This document shows positions 37,501 to 49,100 of a stretch of 64,000 bases of DNA, one piece after another; the stretch's first letter is position 1, and each line of letters opens with the position of its first letter. The stretch comes from Macrostomum hystrix (Eukaryota; Animalia; Platyhelminthes), in the NCBI GenBank assembly GCA_950097015.1, contig CATNEN010000038.1, positions 32,984,001 through 33,048,000 on the forward strand, written 5' to 3'. Under the pieces are notes generated by a model that made no database searches, was not told the origin of the DNA, and saw only the letters and a list, made by a program, of their open reading frames with translations. The position numbers were made by a program, and so were the translations under genes.

Positions 37501-40500
37501 ATGGCAACCACAAGCCGCGCCACTACGCTAAGCGTGTTCTTAGAGCGTAAGGCTGCCCAGCAGGAGGCGGCTATGAAAGCCGATCTAGCCCAGCGTCAGC
37601 GAGACATTCAAGAAGCCATCGACAACGAATTGGAGAGCTTTTACGACAGCGACAGCGACAGTGACAACATCGACGATGTCGACAACGACAACAGGGCCAA
37701 TGGAAATGACGAACTGTCCGAATCGTCTCTGGACGTCGATGCGGTCGTTCCACCTGCGCCGCAGCCGCAGTCGCAGCCCTACTATCGACATCAGCCGACT
37801 GTTCAGCATCGTCGGCCGGATGATATTCGGCCGCCAATCGAAGATTCCTCCTATATCGACGAAGAGCCAGTCAATCGTGCTGCTCAGCGTCATGACGACG
37901 ATGACGCTGATGATGCAATCATTGGCAGGGAGAATGAAACTAACGATATGCTGTTATTAGCTCACAATCGCCACACTGACGTAGATGACGACGATGATGA
38001 TGATGATGAGGACGATGACGTCGTTGAAAATCATGAAGAAGAAGACGGTGACGAAGATGAAAATGTCGCCGTTCGAGAAATGCCGGCCCCAGCCGGTGTC
38101 ATCGTTGGGCCACCGCCTGGCAGCCATGCTTATTTACAGCAGCTGGCGTTGCTACCCTCCGGCCATCCGGCGCGTCACCTAATCCTGCCCTCGGAGGCGA
38201 CGTCCAGATCGACGGCTCAGTTGGCTACTATATCGCCTGAGACCACCGGCTGCGGCTTGTCATCGGCCGAGTATTCTTCATCGGGTGTGCAACAAACTCA
38301 GGAGCTGCTGCTGCTTGGTCATAATCGGGTATGCAATGGTTACTGTTTTGATATAGTTTTCGGCGGACTTTCACCGAGTTCCACCGAAATCAATTTGATT
38401 GTGTCTGAGCTTTTTATGACCTATCGATCTGAAAAAATTGATTATATTGTGATTCTGTGTTTAGCAATTTTTTTAATCAGAGATAATTAATTTCGGGATT
38501 CCCAGTGTGCTATTTTTAGAATCGGGGATCGTTAATACCGGGATTCCCCAGGTGCTATTTTTAGAATCGCAGATCGTTAATACCGGTAATCTCCGTATGC
38601 TTTTTAGAATCGGAGATCATTATTACCGGAATTCCCCGTATTTAAAATCGTTGTACTCGATGATCGATTATATTTATATATTTGTGAGAAAACCTAGACT
38701 TTACTCTGATAGTTTAAAATATTCCAAAGATTGGTGATTGATATTCTCGGAATTCTTCACTTTCCTCCTTTTAGATCAGGCATTCTGTAGTTTAACAAAA
38801 ACTCAATTACACTATTCATATATGACAACTAAATTTTGCCTACAACAGAATCTCAACGGCCACGCGAACATTCTGCCGCCCAGTATGCGCCAGAGCCAGC
38901 CTTATCCCGCTGCGACAGCGGTTGTAAAACAGCGCGGCGTCGATGTTGGTGTCAGCGTTGTGCCAGACAACCAGCGCGATCTGGACCAGCTGGACATTCT
39001 TTATCGGGCCCGGGGTCGGCACATTGAAGAGTTAAAAGCACAGCTGACTGATTTGCAGGTGAGGAATGGCGTATCTGCAATTGGTGTCGCTACGATCTCG
39101 TTCATAATGTAGAGTTCTAATACAGTAGGTTCACAAGTTTTTTTGCCGAATTCCTAGAAAATAATTCGGATTCACTTATTTATTGTATGGGATTCCTCAA
39201 TTCTAATATGTGGGATCGTTTAATTACAATTTGCGGGATCCCCCATTGATGTTAGTCGAAATTCTCCGATCCTATTTCGTGAGATTTCCCCACCCTTTTG
39301 AGTGGGATTCCCTGATCCTATTGTGTGGAATTCCCCGATCCTATTGCGTGAAACTCCCCGATTCTATTTTGTGAGATTCCCAAACATTGGGATTCTCCAA
39401 CACATTGCATGAGATTCCCTGATCCAATTGTGTATGATTCCCCGATCCTATTGAGTGGGATTCCCCTATCCTGGAATTCCCCTATCCTGCGATTCCCCGA
39501 TCCTATTGCGTGGGATTCCCCTATCCTAGGATTCCCCTATCCTATTGAGTGGGATTCCCCGATCCTGTTGCGTGGGATTCCTCTATCCTGCAATTCCCCG
39601 ATCCTATTGCGTGGGATTCCCCGATCCTATTGCGTGGGATTCCTCAATCCTGCAATTCCCCGATCCTATTGCGTGGGATTCCCCTATCCTGGGATTCCCC
39701 GATCCTATTGAGTGGAATTCCCCTATCCTGCGATTCCCCGATCCTATTGCGTGGGATTCCCCTATCCTGGGATTCCCCTATCCTATTGAGTGGGATTCCC
39801 CGATCCTGTTGCGTGGGATTCCCCGATCCTATTGAGTGGGATTCCCCTATCCTGGGATTCCCCGATCTCATTGCGTGGGATTCCCCTATCCTGCGATTCC
39901 CGGATACTATGTATGGGATTCCCCAGCTCTATTTTGCTAGTAGTATTGAATATGATTGTTTACGAGTAACTCTGTTGTTTAGGCTGGCTATATTTAACGG
40001 CTAATAAAAAATTGAAAACTATTTATCGTTAATTCCCATTTTCCTTTATCCCAAATCCTCAGGAATCTTCGGCCAAAGAGGCGCGCCTATTGAAACACAA
40101 GCTGGCCCTCACCGAAGCCAATCGGGAGTCTGCTGAGAAGGCAGCTACTGGAGTTGAAGAACGATTGAAAGATTCTTTACAAGAGGTAATAATCTAAGCG
40201 ATCCAAATCGGTTTGATAAATGTTTTATGTTATTTTTGTTTTTAATACATTTTATATTACTTTTATTATTCAGATTCGCTGCCTAAAGGCAGATTCGGAC
40301 AAACGCCAGGAGCTGACGGCTCGACTCCTGACTGAAAATGAGCAGCTGAAGCGGCAGGTAACTGAAGCCAGCTGTCAGAACGAGGCCCTGACTGCTCAGC
40401 TGACTGAGATGACCACCGCTGGCACAATTGGACGGGTTCGGGATCAGCAGGTGAGATTCCGTTGTAGATTCTTTCAGAGATAAGCTAAAACTCGCCCCAA

Positions 40501-43500
40501 GGATTCTCAAAGAGATGCCAATGTATAGTACTGATACTTCCTGTTGATTCTTCTAGGGAGTTCCTATAGATTCACCTGGGACATTCCATAGATTCTTCTG
40601 GGGTATTCCTATAGATTCACCTGGGACATTCCATAGATTCTTCTGGGGTATTCCTATAGATTTTATCTAGGGAATTCCTATAGATTCGCCTGTGGTATCC
40701 CCCTTCATTCCCCTTGGGTATTCCCATAGATTCCCCTGGAGTATCCCCATTGATTCCCCTTGGGTATTCCCATAGATTCTCCTGTGGTATTCCCATAAGT
40801 TTGGCTACGGAATTCCCGTAGATTCTCCTGAGGTAGTCCCATAGATCCCCTTGGGAATTCACATAGATACTCCATTCAATTAACCTAAATTCTTCAGACT
40901 TTTTTCTCATAGATTTCGCTCTCGTAGATTCTCCTGGCAGAGATTCCGATAGATTCCCCTAAAAATTACCCGATATACATTATGGAGATTCCCCTCCGAA
41001 TCCAGGCTTTCTTAGTAAATAACTTGAAATCTACTAGTGCTTCAACTCACGACTTTAAGGTCGGGGGTTCGATTCCCGACTCCACTGGAACAATTTGAGT
41101 CCTTTAGCAAGACACTTAACTCTGCATTGCTTCAGTTCACCCAGCTGTTAAATGGGTACCAGCATCAGCTGGGATAATTGAAGGTGGGTGTGGCGTCCCC
41201 CCAGTCCGTGGACTGAACAGCTGTACGCAGCCTTCAGATGCGCCGCGCATTAGCTGCAGCTGTGCTGTCGGCTGCACATCTGACCCAATTGGGGCAGGTG
41301 TAATCAATTATTATTAATTATTAATTCTTAGTAGATAAAAACTTTTCTGGCAGAAATTCAATGTTAACTTCCACGCGCAGGAAAACTTCATTCAATCGTT
41401 GCGCAACAAAAAGGACGAAGAAATCTACTACCTGAAGGACCGCATCGATCGCCTGCAAGCTGAGGCCGCCGAGCGTCAAGCCGATATAGACGCGGCGCAC
41501 GCCCTAGCAACAAAGCTCAGGTCGCAGCAGAGCGACCAACTCATACAGGCCAACAAACTGGCCGCCAGCCTGTCCCAACAGCTGCAGGATAGTCAGCGCC
41601 GCTGTCAGGACCTCCTAGCCGCCGGCGCCGACTCCGAGGCCGCCGTCGCCCTCCGTCAGCAGCTAGCCCAGAAAGACCTGGCCAAAGCCATCACGGAAGA
41701 GATGAACTCGGCGCTGCAGCAGGAGATCGTGGATCTCCGGGAACAGCTGGCCATGTACGAGACTGCCGAACGACTGGGCGCCCTGCCGCCTGCCAAGTCC
41801 TCCGTGCTTGCTGGCGGCGCCTCCGATGGACTGGCCGTCAGCGATGCCAGTAGAGAGGCCACTAGTACTAGCATGCCGAATGTGGGACCAACCGCTGATA
41901 GGGATAAGAATGTCGCCTGTCTGAGGGTGAGTCCGAGTTGTGATCCCTACCGTTTTCTCCCACCCATCCCTATCTTTCTCCCCCACCATCCCTACCTTTC
42001 TCCCCCACCCATCTACCTTTCTCTCCCACCCATCCTTATCTTTCTCCCCCACCCATCCCTATCTCTCTCTCCCACCCATCCCTATCTTTCTCCCCCACCC
42101 ATCCTTATCTTTCTCCCCCACCCATCCCTACCTTTCTCCCCACCTATCCCTACCTTTCTCCCCCGACCCGGCCCTACCTGTTTCCTTTCCCTAACTACTT
42201 TTCTCCCCACTGCTCGATCCCCAGGCCGAGCTGCTGCGCTGCCAGGCGCTCTTCAAGCAGAAGAGAGAGAAAGTGACGGAGCTGCAGAAGGAGCTCATAC
42301 AGTTGAAGAAGGCCAGCCACGAGGCCAGTCTGCGCTGCGAACGAGCCGAACTGGCTCTGGCTGAGCAACGCGAGCAGGCGGTTGCCATGGAGACTAAGTT
42401 GCGCTCGGCAGCTCAGAAGCAGCAGGAGGCCGCAGTTGGCGCCGCCCTCGAGGAGTCCAGCGCTGAGGCTGCGAGGCTGCAGGGTCTGCTTAAAGAGGCC
42501 AATAACCGGATTGCCAAGGTAGAGAATTAGATACAGTAGGGTGATAATTAGATACAGTTGGTGAGAAGTAGATATATTAGAGTAAAAATTAGAAACAGTA
42601 GGTTGAGTAGTAGAACAGTAGAGTGAGAAGTAGATACAGTAGGGTAGAGAAGTAGATAAAGTGTAAAGATTCACCGAACTCTACTGCCGTATCATCGCAC
42701 TCTTTCCAGCTGGAGTCGGAGCTGTCAGCAGCCCAGGCCAGCCTGTCAGAGTCAGCAGAGGCTCAGCGCCAGCTATTTGAGCAGTCTGACCAGCTGCGCT
42801 CGGATTTCGCCAACGCCTGGGAGCGAGCGGAGCATGAAAAATCTGCCGAATTCGAGCGCATCCAACGCACCTGCCAGGCGCATTTCGATTTGTGCCGAGA
42901 GAAAATGCGCGAAGAACTTCTGGCTGGCTTCGCCGAGGAGCGCCGGGCCACTGTCGACGGCTACGAAGCGCGACTAGCCGATGTGCAGAGCCTGGTGACC
43001 CAGCTGGGTCAGGAGAGACGGGAACTGGAGGCCAAACTGGCTCACACTGTTAGACAGCTCATGAAGGCCGAGGCTGAGCAGCCAGCTGCCGCAGTCAAGG
43101 TTGAGAATAGGCCGGTAGCTACTCAGACTGCGGCGCTGTTAACTTCGTCGGTTGCCGTTGAGACTAGGCGACTGGAGCCGGTTAATGCCGCTGTACAGGT
43201 GAGCATCTACTATTCAGATTTAGTGAAATTGGTAGATTTGTTTGTGGGATAATTATATTAGTAAAGTGAAGGAGAAAGGTAGACTGGGAGATTAGCCCTT
43301 GAAGGTCTAGCAGTCCATCTAGAAGGTAGGTGACCACCGAAGACGGAGATGATGCAGGCACATTCGGGTGACATGCTGATAAGTTTTGAAGGCCCGGCAA
43401 GACCGCACTGAGGCGCAGTGCTAATTCGTGTATATGGGTGTATGAAATACACTAGTGCTTATGAGAAAAATCTGTATTTCGGCCAGAACCATTGAATATC

Positions 43501-44487
43501 TAGATGGTCTAAAGGGCTAGATTCTTATTTCAGAATATGCGCAACACAAAGTTTTTGTTAGATTGGCGACCTGGGAAAAAAGTAGATTTGGAGATTCAAT
43601 GTCTGGATTGTACCATTTCATCGCAGGCGTCGCCGCCGCCGCCAATGAATCTGAGCCTGTCAACGGCAGCCGCAGCCGCCTCCTCGCCAGTTGATCCCCT
43701 GGCTGAGCAGGAGACGGAGCTGGGCCGGCGTCTTCAGCAGTGCTACCTAGCTGCCATCAGCCGCATTCGCGACGAAGTTGTCGGCTACATGGCCGACAGT
43801 CAGGAGCGAGCCGACAGACGCCTGCGCAGGTCGCAGCGCAGCCTCTGCGCCAGGTTTGCTCTGCACCTGCGCCGAAATATTGAAGATAAATTTGGCTGCC
43901 CGGACGCTGAGCTGAGCGTCGACTCCGTTCTGCAGGTAGGAGCTTTTTTATCTTTATTCCCACAGTAAATATCCTTTCAGATATCCGAGAGAAAATCCTC
44001 CTCCAATTCTCCAATTAAACCACCAATATCCGTTAATCCTCCCAGACCCTTAATGATCTCCTAGATGCTTGAAAATCTCCCAGATTCTCAAATCTCTCAT
44101 GTGCTCAAATCTACTGTATCCTCAAATCCTAAAAGCTTTCGCCCCATCCCAAACCGCCGCCATCAGCTGTTGAACCAGTCGCTCAACCACACCATGCACC
44201 GGTCGCTGCCGTCGGCTTCTCATCTAACGCGCCGCTCCGAACTGTTAAACGGCGACGACTGCGAAGATGGTGACGGCGACTCGACGCCGACTACATCGGC
44301 TAGCAGGTTGTCCTCTCCGACAATGCAACAGTTCCTACTGCCTCGTCAGAAACAGCCGCCGCCGCCGCCGCCTGTGGCTCCCAGATCGTCGCAGTCAAAA
44401 CAGCGGTCTTCAGCTGCCGTCGCCTCCGCCGTTGCCACGTCGACGCCCGCCGAGAAGGATCCCGGAGCTGCAGCCGCCTGCAACTGA
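37501..44487 (+). CDS. CEP152: CEP152/Asterless-like coiled-coil protein; exons 37501-38328, 38849-39058, 40063-40185, 40274-40450, 41381-41926, 42225-42518, 42710-43198, 43627-43935, 44167(or 44065)-44487 (~1100 aa)
   Basis: Acidic N-terminus; QLDILYRARGRHIEEL...ARLLKHKLAL resembles the conserved CEP152 block; long coiled coils; YLAAISRIRDEVVGYMADSQERA near the C-terminus. All introns are GT-AG, phase 0. The symbol comes from motif recall. Confidence 0.7.
39190..39925. repeat. GGGATTCCCC-based ~16/23-nt minisatellite in CEP152 intron 2
   Basis: GGGATTCCCCGATCCTATTGCGT and shorter variants. Confidence 0.9.
40545..40960. repeat. Degenerate ATTCCCATAGATTC repeat in CEP152 intron 4
   Basis: Directly visible. 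Confidence 0.7.
41045..41310 (+). mobile_element. SINE family A (head partly lost) in CEP152 intron 4
   Basis: GGGGTTCGATTCCCGACTCCACTGG followed by the family A body to GGGGCAGGTGTAAT. Confidence 0.85.
41940..42210. repeat. Pyrimidine-rich repeat (CCCACCCATCCCTACCTTTCTC) in CEP152 intron 5
   Basis: Directly visible. Confidence 0.85.
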
Positions 44488-45429
44488 ATTCTTCATTCTT
44501 CATTGATTTCATTTCGTATTCGTCATTTCATTGCGTGACCTTCAAATGTACCTACGTGTGTACTTTATAAGTACATAAGGCGCTATGCACTTTTTAACAA
44601 TCTTTCTTTGTCCAATTCGACGCACTTTCAAATCAAGTGCTTGTGATTTGATTTAAGTTCCAGCTTAGTGTTTTATTTTATATATTTTTAATCAGAACTG
44701 TATTGTATTTATCGATTGTTGACATTCGCAACGCGGGTCGTTATTCATTTTTTCATTGCCCACAACATATCCAGTACTCTCTGTGCGTGTGCATTTATTC
44801 TACCATACCTACTTACTTTAAGTAGTGAAGAAGAAGGCGATTTAGTAGACAAAAATTCCACCTATTAGTTAATTTTGTCTATATGAGTTTACTATTATTA
44901 CGAGCTATTATCAAAAGTCCGTCCCAGTAGCTTAAGTGTGTGTACCTTTTGTATCTGCTATTTAATTTCATAATTACGCCGCTACGAGAATTGGAAAATT
45001 AATTTTTTTAACTTGTGTTTGTTTCTGCTTCATTAAAAATATTCGCGGCTCAATTGTTAAATAAACTAATTTGGCAGTCTTTATTATATTTTATTTATTT
45101 ATAACCTGAAATTATTCAGCGGTATCTTGTATATTTTTGCTTCGTCTTTTAGTTGTTCGAGCAAGCAAAAGAGAACTGGAAAATAGTTTTTAATCACAAT
45201 TGATAAATTCTAAAAATGTTATTAAAGTACATTAGGCAGATGTGGATTTGATTGGCTACAGTAAATCACTTTTAAAGATAGGGGCTTTCCAAAAATGTAA
45301 GATTTTCTTAAAATAGCAACAACATTTTTTCTGTTTAAATTTACATTCTGGCGCCAGACAATCAGCATCTAAAGACCTTGAAAACTCCATTTTGGAACGA
45401 CAGGACAGGAAAGAAGCCGGATTAATGTA

Positions 45430-45860
45430 CACTCCAGATACCCGCTAAAAAATAGGAATGTTTCTTTGGGTGATTCCAGTTGGAATCTGCGGTGTTTCCA
45501 GAAAAAGAAACAGCCGAACGCTGGAAACATACCAATCGGATGACTCCATGCTTAGAATCTACCCAACTGGGCGTTTTCTCGGTGCTTCTTGGTGGCGAAA
45601 TGGAATCACCCAAAGAATCCTCCAGTTCGGAAGATTCCATGCTCAGAAACCGCCGAGGAATCGCCCGTAAATAATTCTCTGGTTGTCCCATGGGCCACTG
45701 GTTCGGGTGATTCTTCGGCGGTTTCCGCACAATTTACGGTTACATCGGCTGCTTCCTGGGTGGTTTCTTTAACTCTTGCGAGATAGGGGGGATTTTGGTA
45801 GATTCCACTCCTATTTTGCACAAAAAACCCGCCGAAGAAGCAGCCGAATTTTTTACAGTG
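45430..45860. mobile_element. Possible non-autonomous DNA transposon (CACTA/EnSpm-like MITE)
   Basis: Right end TTTTTTACAGTG (CACTGTAAAAAA on the minus strand). Internal inverted AAAATAGGARTG at ~45449 and ~45806-45817, plus many GGAATC/GATTCC subrepeats. The left terminus is poorly matched. Confidence 0.35.
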
Positions 45861-46188
45861 TAATATTTACCCCTGGTAGATCCAGCCAATCAGCATTGAA
45901 TGACCATGAATATTTGTCCTGCGTAGGAAAATAGTAACTGGGACCCAAGCTACTGTGCCTTTGAATAAGCTTTGTGACACAAAAGTTAAATAGTTAAAGG
46001 TGAATATTTTCTTCGAAAAAGAACTCGCACGAGCTCGTAGTTACAATTGTGACGCTTTTGAGACTGAAATAGTCGTTCTTCGGGATTAAATATACCGAAT
46101 AAGTGATAAGCAGCCGGTGTACATTAGTATATTCTACGCTCGTATTAAAGGTAACAACAAAGCTTCTTATCAGTTGGACAGGTAGACC

Positions 46189-49100
46189 CTAGTCATAGAG
46201 CTGCATGTCACCCAGCATCCTGTTTGCCTCATCGGACCAGGCCGGATGCTGGGAGCCGTCCATCTCTGGCGCGTGCGCGTTGCCCGCAGCCAACCGGTGA
46301 TTTTCGCCGCCAATGACGCAGCCGCATTCCGGACAATTGGCCACCTGATTAGCTCCGCCGCAATCGCCGATGGCGTAGACGTGGCCGCGAGGACACTTGA
46401 ACCAGTGGCCGCTGGGCAATTGCATTGCTTTGACAATCATTTCTCGTTCCAGTTTAGCCACTAGAAGCACTGATTTCACCAGTTCGCCAACTTCGCCGAC
46501 AATCTGGGTGGCGATTTTCTGTCTGGCTTCGCTGAACCGCGAGCCGTCGGTGAGGCTGGCCAGAAGTTGGGCCAGCTTGTCCAGGGCCTGGTCAACAGCC
46601 GGACGGTGGGTTTCGTCGATAGATTTGCAGCCTTCGATCTGGTGCTGCAGGTTTGCGAAGTGAGCCAGAGCCTATCAAATGAGCAGTGGTTTGGATGTGA
46701 GACTGCCTTGTGGAATGGAAGAGAATATGCAATTGTGTAATAGGGAGTGACCCGGGTACTTTTAGACACTTGTTAGACACCTGTTAGGCAAGTGAGTTAC
46801 CTGTTAGACATGTATTTTGCCTGTTAGATTCGAATTGTCTATTAGACAAGTGTTCTACCTGTTAGACAGCTGCGCTATTTGTTAGACATGTGTGCTACCT
46901 ATTAGACAGGTCTTTCACTTGTTAGACATGCGTGTTACCTGTTAGACATGTGCACTGTTTGTTAGACAAGGCATTTTATAATTATATATTTTCAGTAGGC
47001 GGGGTCAGGTAATATAATTCATCCGGACATAAGAATAACCCACTGACCTTCAAACGGAACAGTTCGTCCTCGGCCTCTTGAGCAGAGTAGTCGCTAAGCG
47101 GTAGAATGGCCTCAAACCAGCGCAGGAAGCGAACTGTGTCCACGCTCAGGCAGAGATTAGCAAACATCAACGGCTTCCTTCTACGAAGCTCGGGCAGCTC
47201 GTTCAAGTCCAGGTCGTCGTCGCGACTCGCAGGCGAATGTCGGATCGGGCGCACGTTGACCTCCTTGAACCAGGCGGTCGAGTTGATCATGTTCAGCAAT
47301 TTCAGCATCTGCAGCAGCAGCTGAAGGCGCCTGTGCTCCTGCAGTTGAGCAGCTTCGCTAAACTTTTCCCGGCTCACGCCCAGTCCACAGGTGAGAAAGC
47401 TGCAGGTAACGAATTTTGCCAATGATCACCTGTTAGACAACAATGATCACCTGTTAGACAACAACGATCACCTGTTAGACAACAATGATCACCTGTTAGA
47501 CAACTGTGATCACCTGTTGGACACTATGATCACCTGATAGACAACTGTGATCACCTGTTGGACACTATGATCACCTGATAGACAACTGTGATCACCTGAT
47601 AGACAACTGTGATCACCTGTTAGACAACTGTGATCACCTGATAGACAACTGTGATCACCTGTTAGACAACTGTGATCACCTGTTGGACACTATGATCACC
47701 TGTTAGACAACTGTGATCACCTGTTAGACAACTGTGATCACCTGTTAGACAACTGTGATCACCTGTTGGACACTATGATCACCTGATAGACAACTGTGAT
47801 CACCTGATAGACAACTGTGATCACCTGATAGACAACTGTGATCACCTGATAGACAACTGTGATCACCTGATAGACAACTGTGATCACCTGATAGACAACT
47901 GTGATCACCTGTTAGACAACTGTGATCACCTGATAGACAACTGTGATCACCTGTTAGACAACTGTGATCACCTGTTGGACACTATGATCACCTGTTAGAC
48001 AACTGTGATCACCTGATAGACAACTGTGATCACCTGATAGACAACTGTGATCACCTGATAGACAACTGTGATCACCTGATAGACAACTGTGATCACCTGT
48101 TAGACAACTGTGATCACCTGATAGACAACTGTGATCACCTGTTAGACAACTGTGATCACCTGTTGGACACTATGATCACCTGTTAGACAACTGTGATCAC
48201 CTGTTAGACAACTGTGATCACCTGTTAGACAACTGTGATCACCTGTTGGACACTATGATCACCTGATAGACAACTGTGATCACCTGTTGGACAACTGTGA
48301 TCACCTGTTGGACACTATGATCACCTGTTAGACAACAATGATCACCTGTTAGACAACTATGATCACCTGTTGGACACTATGATCACCTGTTGGACACTAT
48401 GATCACCTGTTGGACAACTATGATCACCTGTTGGACAATATGATCACCTGATAGACAACTGTGATCACCTGTTGGACACTATGATCACCTGATAGACAAC
48501 TGTGATCACCTGATAGACAACTGTGATCACCTGTTAGACAACTGTGATCACCTGTTGGACACTATGATCACCTGTTAGACAACTGTGATCACCTGTTAGA
48601 CAACTGTGATCACCTGTTGGACACTATGATCACCTGATAGACAACTGTGATCACCTGATAGACAACTGTGATCACCTGTTAGACAACTGTGATCACCTGT
48701 TAGACAACAATGATCACCTGATAGACAACTGTGATCACCTGTTGGACACTATGATCACCTGTTGGACAACTATGATCACCTGTTGGACACTATGATCACC
48801 TGTTAGACAACAATGATCACCTGTTAGACAACTATGATCACCTGTTGGACACTATGATCACCTGTTGGACACTATGATCACCTGTTGGACAACTATGATC
48901 ACCTGTTGGACACTATGATCACCTGATAGACAACTGTGATCACCTGTTGGACACTATGATCACCTGTTGGACAACTATGATCACCTGTTGGACACTATGA
49001 TCACCTGATAGACAACTGTGATCACCTGTTGGACACTATGATCACCTGTTGGACAACTATGATCACCTGTTGGACAACTATGATCACCTGTTAGACAACA

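Noticed and set aside
39190-39925. GGGATTCCCC as an NF-kB site array
   Set aside because: It matches the consensus but is better explained as part of the general GGGATT-core minisatellite pattern; there is no evidence for the factor.
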